This document shows positions 1 through 10,866 of a DNA stretch of 64,000 nucleotides, in pieces. The stretch's first letter is position 1. Each line of letters begins with the position of its first letter. The stretch is from Alishewanella sp. (GTDB taxonomy: Bacteria > Pseudomonadota > Gammaproteobacteria > Enterobacterales > Alteromonadaceae), in NCBI GenBank assembly GCA_036759505.1, contig DAIOUM010000002.1, positions 14,559 to 78,558 of the forward strand. The letters are read 5' to 3'. Position numbers and translations under genes: made by a program. Under the pieces are notes generated by a model. It did not search any database and had not been told where the DNA came from. It saw nothing but the letters and a program-made list of their open reading frames with translations.

Positions 1-329
1 AGTACCAGTTGCAACTGCTCATTCTGCGGCTGCATCCGGCTAACCCGGATATTAAAGCTTCGGGCACTGGTGCTGATAATTTGCGACAAGCTGCCACCGC
101 TGCGTGCCGTTACCGCGGCGCCCTGCAACAGCGGAGCCGCCTGTTGTAACGCCTGCAGCTGTTGCTGTACCTGTTGAATTGCTACTGCGTTGCGCGCCTG
201 TGCCTGGTGCAGTGGTTGCCACAACAACCAGTAAAAGGCGCCGAGCAACAGCACAGGAACACAGAGTAGCAGCAGTTGTTGTTCGCGTTGCGCTAAACCT
301 TGCCACCAGAGTAGTACCCGTTGTTTCAT
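1..329 (-). CDS. gspM: T2SS protein GspM (3' end truncated by window edge)
   Basis: Not in the ORF track. Hand translation from ATG at 329 (ATGA overlap with gspL stop): MKQRVLLWWQGLAQREQQLLLLCVPVLLLGAFYWLLWQP..., the typical W..L..RE + TM start of GspM; follows gspL. Confidence 0.9.
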   Translation of the reverse strand, partial: MKQRVLLWWQGLAQREQQLLLLCVPVLLLGAFYWLLWQPLHQAQARNAVAIQQVQQQLQALQQAAPLLQGAAVTARSGGSLSQIISTSARSFNIRVSRMQPQNEQLQLV

Positions 330-1516
330 ACCTTACCCCGCATTACTACTGTGCCCTGTACCCGGCTGCCATCGTTGCTCAGCGCGCCCTGCTCTATGCT
401 ATAGCCGGCTTGCTCCAGCACGGTTTTTAACTGTTCAAAACTCTGAAAACCTGCAGCACTGGCCGAAAAGCGTAACTCATGCCGCGCCGCGTCATAGCGC
501 AGTGAGTCAAGCTTCACATCCGGCAACCCTTCCAAGCGTTGTTGTAGCGCCTGTAATTGCACAAAGAAATTCTGCTCATTAGGTCCGACGCCGGCAGCCT
601 GTAACTTCTGCTGTAACTGGCGGTTTAAATTCACGATCCGCTCACCCGGGAACAGCTGCAGATAGTTAGTTTGCAGCTCGGCGGTCAATTGCGTCAGCTG
701 CCGTTGCTGCTGCCAGACACCGATACCCAGCTGTAACAGATAGGCCAGCAGCAAGCCGCCAGCCAGGGCAGCACTGAGTCGCCATTGCTGCCAGGTTTTG
801 TTCTGGGGCTTTTTCGGAGTATAGGGGCCTTGTAGCAGGTTGAAACTGGTCGCAGTCAGGCCTCTGGCCAATAAGGCCAGGGGCAACTCCGGAGCGGCAG
901 CCTGATGTGGCTGGACAATATGTTCAGGCCAGGGACTGTACGTTGTCAGTTGTGGCAGAGCAGCCAGCGCCAGATAGTCCTGCCACCAGGCGCTGTCGAT
1001 CGCTGTTGCCTGCCAGCTGTCCAGTCGCAGTAACCATTGCTGTTGCAGTTCAATACAAGCCGGTAATGTATCAGCTGGTAGTAATAACGCATCTGGCAGC
1101 ATCCGGCTGACATTAAAGCCTGCCTGTTGCAACCAATCTAACCATTGCTGCAAACGTTCGCGCTGGCAAATCGCGACCTGCTGCCGGTACTGCCCCTGCT
1201 GCAGTTCAGCCTGTCCGTGCGCAATAAAAAGCTTATCAATATCTTCAGCCTGCTCTTCTTCCAGCATATAAGGCAGCGCCTGCAGTAACTGACGGTTCGG
1301 CTTGGCCGGTAAGGTCACCGTTTTCAGTACCACATCTGCGGCCGGTACCAGCGCGATAACGTTGCGCCGCCCCAGTCGCTCGGCCAGTGCGGCTAGCGCC
1401 GCCACACCGGCTACCTCGCCACTGGCTATGATGTCTGCGGTGAGCGGTGCATAGACCAGCCAGCTGATTGGTTGTTCAGGCTGACTGGCCAGCCGGATTA
1501 GTAGTTGTTCATTCAC
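326..1516 (-). CDS. gspL: T2SS protein GspL
   Basis: 396 aa; ALPYMLEE motif, NLLQG before a single TM; operon position. Confidence 0.95.
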   Translation of the reverse strand: MNEQLLIRLASQPEQPISWLVYAPLTADIIASGEVAGVAALAALAERLGRRNVIALVPAADVVLKTVTLPAKPNRQLLQALPYMLEEEQAEDIDKLFIAHGQAELQQGQYRQQVAICQRERLQQWLDWLQQAGFNVSRMLPDALLLPADTLPACIELQQQWLLRLDSWQATAIDSAWWQDYLALAALPQLTTYSPWPEHIVQPHQAAAPELPLALLARGLTATSFNLLQGPYTPKKPQNKTWQQWRLSAALAGGLLLAYLLQLGIGVWQQQRQLTQLTAELQTNYLQLFPGERIVNLNRQLQQKLQAAGVGPNEQNFFVQLQALQQRLEGLPDVKLDSLRYDAARHELRFSASAAGFQSFEQLKTVLEQAGYSIEQGALSNDGSRVQGTVVMRGKV

Positions 1517-2505
1517 CCCTGGCCTCCAAAGCGCCGGGCCAAAACCCTGATGGCATTATTTTCTTCTCGTTTAAATAGTGTACTTTGCTGAAAACCACTT
1601 TCCTGATAAGCCGTCGTTGCCTGTAACCGGAAATACTCGGATTTGACGGCCAGTGCCGCCTTCACATCGGCCGGCACTGTCAGCCCGGCCAGCGCCGGGC
1701 TTTGTAGAAAACTTTCTACATCGGTGTAGCCCTGCTCCGGCCGGTTTAATACCGCATCCTGCGCCTGAGTTTCGGTCATCTCCGGTAGCAGCGCCTGTAA
1801 CAGGACGGCGCTTTGCTCCGTTAACGTATTCACATTCAGCAGCAATACATCGTTTTCCGGCAGCACGCAAATATAAGGCAACAGCAATTGATAATCTGCC
1901 GGCGTCAGATCGAGGATTAACCGCAGCTCTGTCTCCGACACCATCAAGCTGTTGGCGGTATAATAGGGAAATAACAAGGCGGCATAATCGTCTTGCTCCG
2001 CGCCCCCGGCAGAATTCAGAATACCATCCTCGTCCAGCCAATCACTGAGCCGCGCCGTCAGATTCTCGGCCGGCATACTGAGATCGACTGCCACCAGCTC
2101 CAGTAAACGCAGAAAGGTGCGCTGCGCCAGCGTCTGCACCTGACCTTGTTGCCGGTCTGGTTGTTTTTGCAACGCATTCAGGTTAAAGCAACTGTTCAGG
2201 TCACGGATTTCTCCGGCGATCTGACCGTCATCCACCATAAAGCTCGCGCCCTGCTGCGCCCAATCCTGCCCCAGATGCACCACATCCTGCCCTTGCAACG
2301 AGCGACGTAACAACACCCGGGCAAAGGCCTCTGCCCCCATTGCGTACCAAAACGCCTGCTGCTGTTGCTGCAAATTCTGTTGCCGTTGTATTTGCAACTG
2401 CAAGCGGCCACTCATCTCAACCGCCAGCACGACAACAATCGCCACGATCAAGAGTACGGTGATTAAGGCTGCGCCTCCTTGTGACCGCGGATAGCGTCTG
2501 TTCAT
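1513..2505 (-). CDS. gspK: T2SS minor pseudopilin GspK
   Basis: G|AALITVL prepilin-like N-terminus, CFNLNAL, DWLD, NVNT motifs. Confidence 0.95.
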   Translation of the reverse strand: MNRRYPRSQGGAALITVLLIVAIVVVLAVEMSGRLQLQIQRQQNLQQQQQAFWYAMGAEAFARVLLRRSLQGQDVVHLGQDWAQQGASFMVDDGQIAGEIRDLNSCFNLNALQKQPDRQQGQVQTLAQRTFLRLLELVAVDLSMPAENLTARLSDWLDEDGILNSAGGAEQDDYAALLFPYYTANSLMVSETELRLILDLTPADYQLLLPYICVLPENDVLLLNVNTLTEQSAVLLQALLPEMTETQAQDAVLNRPEQGYTDVESFLQSPALAGLTVPADVKAALAVKSEYFRLQATTAYQESGFQQSTLFKREENNAIRVLARRFGGQG

Positions 2506-3116
2506 TCAGCACCCCGCCACAAGCCATCCGGCAACACGTATAAGCGCTCAATTTCACCCAGCTGTTGTTGCTTTAGCGTGACCTTGACTGCCTGCGGTAA
2601 ATACTGATGATGCCAACGCTCTTCCCAGCGTTCGTTATACCAGTATTCAATTGCAAAGGCCTCAACACCGTCCAGTAACACCTGCTGTTGCGGCTCAGTA
2701 TCATTGACCGCGTCGACGTATAAGGTAAACAAACGTTGTAATTGCCCGTCTTGCAGGCGATAGGCCACGGCCTGCAATTCGCTGCGGGGCAGCAACATCC
2801 CCGGATTACGCCAGCCCTGGCGGGTAAAGCTGATACCATGATCTTCACTACCGAGCAAAAACGGCTCACCCCACAAGCGCTCTTGTTTCGGCGGGTCTCC
2901 CTGGATCCGGACCTGCCGGGCACTGATCTGCAGCAAATCACGCTCCAGCAGCAGCATGGCCTGTTGTAACTGGCGCAGTTGCGTCAAATGCTGCCGTGAT
3001 AATTCATCACTTTGCGTGACATTACTCAGAATGGCTACCGAGGCTAATCCCACCATCGCAAAGATCGCCGTCGCCAATAACATTTCGATAAAGGTAAAAC
3101 CCTTAACCCGGCGCAT
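2502..3116 (-). CDS. gspJ: T2SS minor pseudopilin GspJ
   Basis: G|FTFIE methylation site, ERDLLQ, GWRNP motifs. Confidence 0.95.
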   Translation of the reverse strand: MRRVKGFTFIEMLLATAIFAMVGLASVAILSNVTQSDELSRQHLTQLRQLQQAMLLLERDLLQISARQVRIQGDPPKQERLWGEPFLLGSEDHGISFTRQGWRNPGMLLPRSELQAVAYRLQDGQLQRLFTLYVDAVNDTEPQQQVLLDGVEAFAIEYWYNERWEERWHHQYLPQAVKVTLKQQQLGEIERLYVLPDGLWRGAE

Positions 3117-3480
3117 CGGGACGCCCTACATAGGTTTTCAGCTGATAGACGACTTGCTCCGGCTGCTCAGCCAGGCGCACGCTAATCTGCAGCTCACGCA
3201 AATCCTGGTCTGGCACCGTAACGGCTCGTAATTGCCATTGCCAATCCCGGTTACCGAGGCTGACTTCACCCTGCTCCAGCTCACGCGGTGGCCAGCTGCG
3301 ATTCAGCTGCGCCTGCTGCAGTTGATTATTGGCAATCATGCTGGCGAGTGTTAACTCTTCCAACTGAGCAACGGCGCGTAAATGACTGGCACTGGCCTGC
3401 AAAATGGCCGCGCCGGCGGTGGCAAAAATCGCCAGCGCGATCAGCACTTCCAGTAAAGTAAAACCGCGCCACCGCCGCAT
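3103..3480 (-). CDS. gspI: T2SS minor pseudopilin GspI
   Basis: G|FTLLEVLIALAIFA, 125 aa, operon position. Confidence 0.95.
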   Translation of the reverse strand: MRRWRGFTLLEVLIALAIFATAGAAILQASASHLRAVAQLEELTLASMIANNQLQQAQLNRSWPPRELEQGEVSLGNRDWQWQLRAVTVPDQDLRELQISVRLAEQPEQVVYQLKTYVGRPDAPG

Positions 3481-4046
3481 TATTCTGCTCCGTTAAAGCG
3501 GCTGAGCGGGACACTGAAATCGGTACCCACCCGCACTTGCACGGGCGGCCGCTGCTCTGTTGCCTGCAACACTAAACGAAAGGGGGTGATTTCACCGGAG
3601 GATAAAATAAATACCTGTGGCAGAGGGGGCTTATTCGCGGCAGGCGTATCGGTAGCCTCGTCTTGCGCTTCCTGCTGCCAGCTGACCTGACCAAGTAAAT
3701 TCAGCTCAGCACCAGGCAAGCCTTCTAACTCCAACAGCAGCGACAACTGCTCCGGCAACTGATAGGCTTTAGCAGCGGCAACCTCAGGTGCCCACTGCCA
3801 ACCATCCTGCCCATAATAAACAAAAGCATATTGTTGCTGACTTACCACCAGCCCCCACTCCTGCTGTCGCAGCAACGCCGTGTCGGCAATAAACTGAAAC
3901 ACCTGGCTAAAGCGCGTTGCTTCGCGTTCCAGCCGCTGCTCGGTGCTATCGCCGCTAAAGGTAAATACCACCGCACTGGCTAAAATACCAATCAGCAGCA
4001 ACACCAGCATCACTTCCAGCAAGGTAAAGCCGGCACGGCGCAGCAT
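3480..4046 (-). CDS. gspH: T2SS minor pseudopilin GspH
   Basis: G|FTLLEV, PQVFILSSGEITPF motif. Confidence 0.95.
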   Translation of the reverse strand: MLRRAGFTLLEVMLVLLLIGILASAVVFTFSGDSTEQRLEREATRFSQVFQFIADTALLRQQEWGLVVSQQQYAFVYYGQDGWQWAPEVAAAKAYQLPEQLSLLLELEGLPGAELNLLGQVSWQQEAQDEATDTPAANKPPLPQVFILSSGEITPFRLVLQATEQRPPVQVRVGTDFSVPLSRFNGAE

Positions 4047-4489
4047 CAGTTACCGCCAGCGCCATCCGCGTCAAGATTCCAGTTGCCGATATCATCATTG
4101 GTACCGGCTACCCGATCCGGGCCCTTACTAAAGACATCAATCCGCCCTAACTGTCCGGGACTGACCAGCATATAGTCCTCTCCCCAGGGATCCTTTGGTA
4201 AACGTCGGATAAAGCCACCCTCCGGAAAGACCCGCGGTACCGGCTGCGAGGTGGGCGCCGTGACCAGAGCATCGAGGCCCTGCTCTGTTGTTGGGTAGAA
4301 ACCATTACGCAGGCGGTACATATCCAAAGCGCTTTCCAGTTGCTGAATATCCACCACCACTTTTTGCCGTGCCGCCTGTTCCTGATTACCCATCAGGTTA
4401 GGCACCACCATGCTGGCAATAATGCCGAGGATCACGATGACCACCATCACTTCCAGCAGAGTAAAACCTTGTTGCTTTTGCCTTAACAT
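4046..4489 (-). CDS. gspG: T2SS major pseudopilin GspG
   Basis: G|FTLLEVMVV, YPTTEQGL, LPKDPWG. Start set at ATG 4489 just after gspF stop (ORF track gives 4498). Confidence 0.97.
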   Translation of the reverse strand: MLRQKQQGFTLLEVMVVIVILGIIASMVVPNLMGNQEQAARQKVVVDIQQLESALDMYRLRNGFYPTTEQGLDALVTAPTSQPVPRVFPEGGFIRRLPKDPWGEDYMLVSPGQLGRIDVFSKGPDRVAGTNDDIGNWNLDADGAGGN

Positions 4490-4490
4490 C

Positions 4491-5711
4491 TTAAGCACCT
4501 ACCATATTATTTAACGCTAAAATGGGTTGTAGTATTGCCAGTACGATAAATAACACCATACCTGCCATCACGGCCACCAGCACGGGTTCAAACACCTTTA
4601 GCGATACCTTAACCAGGGTTTCAAATTCAGTGTCCTGCGCATTGGCGGCACGTGCCAGCATGGCATCTAACTGCCCGCTTTTTTCACCGCTGGCTATCAT
4701 ATGCAGCATCATCGGCGGGAACAAGCGGCTTTGTTCCAGCGCACTTTTTAATGAAGCCCCTTCCCGTACTCTGGCGGTGGCATCGGCCAGCGCCAGTCGC
4801 ATATAGCTGTTACTGAGCACTTCGGCACTGATCCGCATCGCCTCCAGCAACGGCACCGCACTGGCATTCAAAATACTGAGCGTCCGGGCAAAGCGTGCCG
4901 TATTCAGCCCGCGCGCCACCTTGCCCAGCAAGCCCAGCCGCAATACCAGCTGGTCCCACTGCAAGCGCAGGCCGGGTTTTTGTAATGCGCGCTGCCAGGC
5001 TACTGCTGCCAGTAAGATCGCCAGTAACACTAAGACACCGTATTGGCGTAAAAAGTCACTGGCCGCAATTAAGAATAGTGTCGAGCCGGGTAACGATTCT
5101 CCCATATGCTCAAACTGTACGACGATCTTCGGCACTACCGCCGCCAGCAGGATGCTGATCACCAGGATGGCAAAGCCGGTCAGAATTAACGGGTAGAGCA
5201 TCGCCTGCAGGATCTGGCTACGCATATACTGGCGCTGCTCAGTGTAATCCGCCAGCCGGTTTAATACCTGCTCCAGATGACCGGATTTTTCGCCGGCCGC
5301 CACCATCGAGCGGAATAAATGATCAAACACATACGGAAACTCCGCCAGCCCCTCTGCCAGACTGTAGCCTTCTACCACCTTAGAGCGCACCGCCATCAGC
5401 ATATTTTTCAGGCGGGGTTTCTCACACTGTTCGGCAACCGCTAACAACGCGCTTTCTATCGGCAGCGCGGCCTCAACCAGGGTGGCCAGTTGCCGGGTGA
5501 TCAGCGCCAGCTCGGCAGCAGAAATCCGCCGCTGCAACCAGGGGCCGCGGTTGGCGAGTTTTTTTTCCTGCTGTGACGCCAGTTCCACACTGAGCGGCGT
5601 CAGTTTACGCTCACGTAAAATTTGCCGGGCGTGGCGCGCGTTATCAGCCTCCAACACCCCTTTGTTTTTTTTACCGCTGCTATCTAATGCCTGAAACTCA
5701 AAGGCTGCCAT
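4491..5711 (-). CDS. gspF: T2SS inner membrane platform GspF
   Basis: 406 aa; two GEKSG repeats, TRQLATL. Confidence 0.97.
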   Translation of the reverse strand: MAAFEFQALDSSGKKNKGVLEADNARHARQILRERKLTPLSVELASQQEKKLANRGPWLQRRISAAELALITRQLATLVEAALPIESALLAVAEQCEKPRLKNMLMAVRSKVVEGYSLAEGLAEFPYVFDHLFRSMVAAGEKSGHLEQVLNRLADYTEQRQYMRSQILQAMLYPLILTGFAILVISILLAAVVPKIVVQFEHMGESLPGSTLFLIAASDFLRQYGVLVLLAILLAAVAWQRALQKPGLRLQWDQLVLRLGLLGKVARGLNTARFARTLSILNASAVPLLEAMRISAEVLSNSYMRLALADATARVREGASLKSALEQSRLFPPMMLHMIASGEKSGQLDAMLARAANAQDTEFETLVKVSLKVFEPVLVAVMAGMVLFIVLAILQPILALNNMVGA

Positions 5712-7216
5712 TACAGATCCTCACGGGTAACCCGCAGCACCTCTTCCAGCGTGGTCACGCCGGCTAGCACCTTAGAGAAACCATCGCTACGAATACTGGG
5801 GCTCAGTGCCCGGGCGTATTTTTCAATCGCCTGCTCGCCCTTACCATTATGGATCATCTCACGCATCTGCTCGTCCACCACAATCAGCTCATGGATACCG
5901 GTACGGCCGCGATAGCCGGTATCATTACAGTGCTCGCAACCGACAGCGCGATAGATCAGCGCGCCTTCTTTCTTGGTAATACCCAGCAGATGACGTTCTT
6001 CTTTATCCGGCTCATGTGCGGCTTTGCAATGCGGGCACAGGGTTCGAACCAAGCGCTGCGCCAGTACCCCCAGTAAGCTAGACGACAGTAAGAACGCCTC
6101 CACGCCCATATCCTCCAGCCGCGTAATGGCGCCAGCAGCGGTATTGGTATGCAGGGTCGAGAGCACCAGGTGACCGGTTAAACTGGCCTGTACCGCAATC
6201 TGTGCGGTTTCCAGGTCGCGGATCTCCCCTACCATCACCACATCCGGATCTTGCCGTAAAATGGCCCTCAGACCGCGGGCAAAGGTCATATTCACCTTGG
6301 TATTGACCTGGGTCTGGCCGATGCCTTCCAGTTCGTATTCGATTGGATCTTCTACTGTTAGGATATTCCGGTCTTTAGTATTAATCTCGGTTAAACCGGC
6401 GTACAGTGTGGTGCTTTTACCGGAGCCGGTAGGACCTGTCACCAGGATAATGCCGTGCGGTTTTAGGATCAGCTGCGAGAACAGCTGCTGCACGGCAGGG
6501 GTCATCCCCAGATCCGCTAAATTCAGGTGCGAATTGTTTTTATCGAGTAACCGCAGCACCACCCGTTCACCATGGCTGGACGGCATCGTCGAAACCCGCA
6601 CATCCACCGCCCGTCCGGCGATCCGCAGACTAATACGGCCATCCTGTGGTACACGTTTTTCGGCAATATCGAGCTTCGCCATAACCTTGATCCGTGATAC
6701 CAGCAGGCTGGACAGGCGGCGATTTGGCCTGAGCACTTCGCGCAGCAAGCCGTCGACCCGGAAGCGGATAATCAGCGCTTTTTCAAAGGTTTCGATATGG
6801 ATATCCGAGGCGCCAAGCTTAATGGCTTCGCCGAGCATGGCGTTAATCAGCTTGATAATGGGTGCATCGTCTTCGTTTTCCAGCAGGTCTTCGGCTTCCG
6901 GGATATCTTCCGCCAGTGACGCCAGATCGACCTCGTTACCGATATCTTCCATAATCTGCTGCGCTTCACTGGAATCGCGCTGATAGGCGGCTTCCAGCAG
7001 AGCTTCAAAAGCCAGAGCATCCAGTTGCTGCACCTTGAACGGTTGCGCCAGCAAACGACGCACTTCCAGTAACGCCTGTGGCGGCGTGGCCGGCTGCACA
7101 TAGAGCAACCAGCCATCGTGATGCGGCTGCAGCAGCACGCCAAACCTTTTGGCGAAACTAAAGGGCAACCGCACCCGCTGCGTCAGTGCCGGATTAAGTT
7201 GTTCCATCTCTGTCAT
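5711..7216 (-). CDS. gspE: T2SS ATPase GspE
   Basis: Walker [31 protein letters not shown], CxxC...CxxC zinc motif. Confidence 0.98.
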   Translation of the reverse strand: MTEMEQLNPALTQRVRLPFSFAKRFGVLLQPHHDGWLLYVQPATPPQALLEVRRLLAQPFKVQQLDALAFEALLEAAYQRDSSEAQQIMEDIGNEVDLASLAEDIPEAEDLLENEDDAPIIKLINAMLGEAIKLGASDIHIETFEKALIIRFRVDGLLREVLRPNRRLSSLLVSRIKVMAKLDIAEKRVPQDGRISLRIAGRAVDVRVSTMPSSHGERVVLRLLDKNNSHLNLADLGMTPAVQQLFSQLILKPHGIILVTGPTGSGKSTTLYAGLTEINTKDRNILTVEDPIEYELEGIGQTQVNTKVNMTFARGLRAILRQDPDVVMVGEIRDLETAQIAVQASLTGHLVLSTLHTNTAAGAITRLEDMGVEAFLLSSSLLGVLAQRLVRTLCPHCKAAHEPDKEERHLLGITKKEGALIYRAVGCEHCNDTGYRGRTGIHELIVVDEQMREMIHNGKGEQAIEKYARALSPSIRSDGFSKVLAGVTTLEEVLRVTREDL

Positions 7217-9306
7217 GGCTTAGGCTGTCCTGCCGGCTGCTGTGGCTCTTGCTGTTGCATAAACTCTTCAAAACTCGGCGGCAGCTTCAGGCTGTCGTCC
7301 CATTCCGGCAAAATCGCCTGCCGGGTTTGTGGCATTAAGCGGATCCCTTCCTGGTCACGTTTAATTTGCTCGGCGCGGATAAAATTATATTTTTGTTTGC
7401 TGATACCGTTAATGGCATTACCGTCGCGCACTATGCTGGCACGGATAAATACCATCAGGTTGCGTTTGCGTTTGCTGACGCTGGTTGATTTAAACAGATG
7501 GCCCAGTACCGGGATATCACCCAGCAGCGGTACCTTGGATTCACTTTCCTGCACATCTTCGTCAATCAAACCACCCAGTACGATAGTCGCACCATCGTCC
7601 GCCATCACTGTGGTTTTGATTTCACGCTTATTAATCGTAATATCGACCGCTGTTGCGCCACCAATACTGGAAACTTCCTGCTCGATCACCAGCTGCACGG
7701 CATCACCTTCGTTGATTTGTGGTGTTACCTTCAGCTTAATGCCCACTTCTTGCCGCTGTACTTGCTGGAACGGATTGGTATTGTTTGAGCCCAGTGACGA
7801 GCCGGTGATAACAGGTACTTCCTGACCCACCAGAAAGATCGCTTCCTGATTATCCATGGTCGTAATATGCGGTGTGGCCAGCACGTTGGAGTTGGTGCTG
7901 GTACGCACAGCCTGCAGGATCGCCGCCCAGTTACCATTATAGAAACCCAGCAAGGCGCCATTGAGCCCTTGCAGGGCCTGAGCTAAGCCGGAGTAGTCAC
8001 GATTGGTATCTGGCGTAGTGGTGGTAATTAACTCACCGGTAGTCGGGTCACGCGATTGCGTGGTGGTACCGCGGGTGATCTGCGAAGCCTGAGCTGCGCC
8101 AGCCGCAATATTCACGATCGGAATCGTATTAGTGCCGGTAAAGTTAGTGCCGCCGCCATTGGCGTTTAGCCACTGTACGCCGAAATCGGTGCCGTTACCG
8201 TCAAACACCTCGACAATAATGGCTTCAACCAGGACCTGAGCACGCCGGATATCCAGCTGCCTTACCACATCCTCCAAAGAGCGCATCATATCCGGCTGCG
8301 CGGTAATCACCAGCGAATTACTGTCGGCATGCGCTTCAATACTAATAGAACGACCACCAGCGGCCCGTCTGGGTGCCGGTTGTCCGCTCTGTTGCGCGCC
8401 CTGGGCTTCGGCAGCAATAGAATCGCTTACCCCGGTGAGCACCGGCACCAGGTCTTCCGCTTTGGCATACTTCAGATAAAACACCCGGGTATTACCACTG
8501 GTTTGTAACTCTGCATCCAAACGGCGGGCTAATTCAATGACCCGCTGCCGGGCTTGGGCTTCGCCACTGACAATCACGCTGTTGGTACGCTCATCGGCGA
8601 CAATCCGTGGCACCAGAAAATCCGGTTGCTCGCCCCGGTTCTGGGTGCGGTAGATGCTCTCCAGGATCCTGACAATTTCTGCAGCCGAAGCAAAGTTCAG
8701 TTTCAGAATTTCCAGCTCCTGATCACCCGCTTTATCTACCCGCTGAATAATATCCACCAACCGGTTTACCAGCGCCGCAGGGCCGGTCATCATAATCACG
8801 TTAGATGGGTCATAGTTCACTACGTGACCGCCACCGCCTTGGTTAACAAATTGGCGTAACAGCGGCGCCAGTTCACGCACTGAAACATTGCGCACCGGTA
8901 CCACCCGTGTCACCATCTCATCGCCATAGCCCGGTGCTTCATCCCCAACCACCGGGATATTTGAGGTTTTCGCATCCTTGTCGCGTACCACCTTCAGAAT
9001 GCCGCTCTCCATCTCGACCACAGCAAAACCATAAACTTGTAATACGTTTAAGAAGAATTGGTAGTACTGTTCTTCCGTTAGCATATCGTAGCTGCGCACA
9101 TTAATCCGGCCACGGACCTGCGGATCGACAATGATGGTTTTTTTCAGGTTCATGCCGACAATATTGATAAACTCATTAATGTCGGTACCTTTGAAATTGG
9201 GAGAATAGCGAATATCGCTGTCCGCCACGACGCTGAAGCTAAGTAGCGCAGCCAGTAACGCCGTCGCCAGCGGGCGTCTTGCCCTGGAGAAAAAAGCTGA
9301 TTTCAT
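7213..9306 (-). CDS. gspD: T2SS secretin GspD
   Basis: Signal peptide, N-domains, secretin signature [14 protein letters not shown]. Confidence 0.98.
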   Translation of the reverse strand: MKSAFFSRARRPLATALLAALLSFSVVADSDIRYSPNFKGTDINEFINIVGMNLKKTIIVDPQVRGRINVRSYDMLTEEQYYQFFLNVLQVYGFAVVEMESGILKVVRDKDAKTSNIPVVGDEAPGYGDEMVTRVVPVRNVSVRELAPLLRQFVNQGGGGHVVNYDPSNVIMMTGPAALVNRLVDIIQRVDKAGDQELEILKLNFASAAEIVRILESIYRTQNRGEQPDFLVPRIVADERTNSVIVSGEAQARQRVIELARRLDAELQTSGNTRVFYLKYAKAEDLVPVLTGVSDSIAAEAQGAQQSGQPAPRRAAGGRSISIEAHADSNSLVITAQPDMMRSLEDVVRQLDIRRAQVLVEAIIVEVFDGNGTDFGVQWLNANGGGTNFTGTNTIPIVNIAAGAAQASQITRGTTTQSRDPTTGELITTTTPDTNRDYSGLAQALQGLNGALLGFYNGNWAAILQAVRTSTNSNVLATPHITTMDNQEAIFLVGQEVPVITGSSLGSNNTNPFQQVQRQEVGIKLKVTPQINEGDAVQLVIEQEVSSIGGATAVDITINKREIKTTVMADDGATIVLGGLIDEDVQESESKVPLLGDIPVLGHLFKSTSVSKRKRNLMVFIRASIVRDGNAINGISKQKYNFIRAEQIKRDQEGIRLMPQTRQAILPEWDDSLKLPPSFEEFMQQQEPQQPAGQPKP

Positions 9307-9334
9307 GAGAGATTAACCAATTCTTATCGTTATT

Positions 9335-10291
9335 TTACTGTGACAGACTAAACAGAATATCTCTGATTTCGCCATCCCGTTCAATCTTTAACCGCGCTTC
9401 AGACGCATCGCGCAAATCGTTGATTACCCGCATCGCTTGCTGCATATCATTAAGCGGTATACCGTTTATTTCGATCGCCAGATCATTTTGCTGCAAGCCC
9501 ATTTGCGCAAACAAAGCCGCATCTTTGCCGGGCATCAGCCGATACCCTACCAGCTGACCATCACGCTGTACCGGTGAGACCCGCACGTAGTCAAAAAATT
9601 TCATCGGCTCAGCCAGGATTTCGTCGCGCTGTACCTGTACATCCGGATTAATCACTCCTGACGCAATAGGCGCGGCCAGCACTATGGGTTCTTCAGCCTG
9701 TAACTGATAATCCGCGTTATTCTCACTTTGCCCCAGACCAGCGTTGGCCTGAGCGATACGGGTAAACTCCACACCATCGAGCATCAGGGTTTCATAGCGA
9801 CCATTTTGCTCCAGCAACACCCGATCTTCCAGTACCTGAGACAAGCGGGCACGAGTGCCTTCGATCTGGTCACCCACCGCATAGGTGGTCTCACTGCCGC
9901 GCTGCTCAATAATGGCGCTGCCGGCTTCCGGTCGGCCTGGCACTGAGACCAGGCCGGTTAACTTAACATTTAATTGGGTTTTCGGTGCTTCGGTTACCTG
10001 CGCTACGGCAGGAGCAGTCACCTCAGCCGAGGCCTGACCAAACAGGGCGTAACGTAACAGGTTATTCAGCGCAACAGGGGCTTGCTGTACCGGCGCAGCA
10101 CCGGGGACGCCAGTAAGCGCGGGGGTAGCCGGCTGCGGTACCAGCTGCCAGCTTAAGCGCGCCAGCAACCAAGCCAGCAGCAGCACCAGCAGCAGATTCA
10201 GCGCCAGGCGTAGCGGTTGTAACGGCAGCCGCTGTAAATATTGCCAGCCAAGTTGTAGTTTCGGGTGAAGTGTCGCGTGCATAGCCTTCAT
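9335..10291 (-). CDS. gspC: T2SS protein GspC (TM, HR and PDZ domains)
   Basis: APKTQLNVKLTG HR motif, C-terminal PDZ-like GYRLMPG...INGIPL; first gene of the operon. Confidence 0.95.
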   Translation of the reverse strand: MKAMHATLHPKLQLGWQYLQRLPLQPLRLALNLLLVLLLAWLLARLSWQLVPQPATPALTGVPGAAPVQQAPVALNNLLRYALFGQASAEVTAPAVAQVTEAPKTQLNVKLTGLVSVPGRPEAGSAIIEQRGSETTYAVGDQIEGTRARLSQVLEDRVLLEQNGRYETLMLDGVEFTRIAQANAGLGQSENNADYQLQAEEPIVLAAPIASGVINPDVQVQRDEILAEPMKFFDYVRVSPVQRDGQLVGYRLMPGKDAALFAQMGLQQNDLAIEINGIPLNDMQQAMRVINDLRDASEARLKIERDGEIRDILFSLSQ

Positions 10292-10311
10292 CTTTTAATC
10301 AGTTCCACTGC

Positions 10312-10340
10312 ATCTTACTGAGTAAGACCGCCGACAACAA
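10312..10340 (-). promoter_or_regulatory. Candidate sigma70 promoter of the gsp operon
   Basis: Minus strand TTGTTG-17 nt-TAAGAT just upstream of gspC. Confidence 0.5.
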
Positions 10341-10442
10341 GCTTTGTTAATAGCTTTTACAAGCCTCTAACGCCAAAGTACGACCTGCAACTTACCGGCT
10401 TTTGGGTGTATAATCAAAACTCCAATTACTGTCAGGTTTCTT

Positions 10443-10856
10443 ATGTCACAAACTACCGCCAACGCTACAGCTACCGACCTGGTTGTTCGCCTTGATAAAT
10501 GGCTTTGGGCCTGCCGCTTTTATAAAACCCGAGGCCTGGCTAAGGAAATGATTGAGGGCGGCAAGGTGCACTATAATGGTCAGCGCTGTAAAGCCGGTAA
10601 GTTGGTTGATATCGGTGCCACAGTACGACTGGCGCAGGGAGCAGACGAAAAAATCGTGCTGGTACGCGGACTGTCTGATAAGCGCCTGGCGGCCCCTCTG
10701 GCACAACAACTTTACGAAGAAACCGCCGAAAGTTTGGCAGAGCGGCAAAAACGCGCCGAACTGCGAAAAAACAATGCGTTATTTGCGCCACACCCGGAAA
10801 CAAAACCGGACAAAAAGGAGCGCCGGCAGCTCTTGTTACTTAAATCGCAGCAATGA
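10443..10856 (+). CDS. hslR: Ribosome-associated heat shock protein Hsp15
   Basis: VRLDKWLWACRFYKTR S4-like motif, KPDKKERR. Confidence 0.97.
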   Translation: MSQTTANATATDLVVRLDKWLWACRFYKTRGLAKEMIEGGKVHYNGQRCKAGKLVDIGATVRLAQGADEKIVLVRGLSDKRLAAPLAQQLYEETAESLAERQKRAELRKNNALFAPHPETKPDKKERRQLLLLKSQQ

Positions 10857-10866
10857 GAATTCAAGC

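Noticed and set aside
6261..7825. Long plus-strand ORFs (240 and 235 aa) opposite gspE and gspD
   Set aside because: Antisense shadows of conserved genes, Ser/Arg/Ile-rich with no motifs. The same applies to most short ORFs in the track.
7990..8100. Thr-rich insert in GspD
   Set aside because: A variable loop at this position is common in secretins; no intein or repeat signature.
10552..10866. 385-aa ORF suggesting an N-terminally extended Hsp33
   Set aside because: The extension overlaps hslR in another frame and is not Hsp33-like; recognisable sequence begins at ATG 10867.
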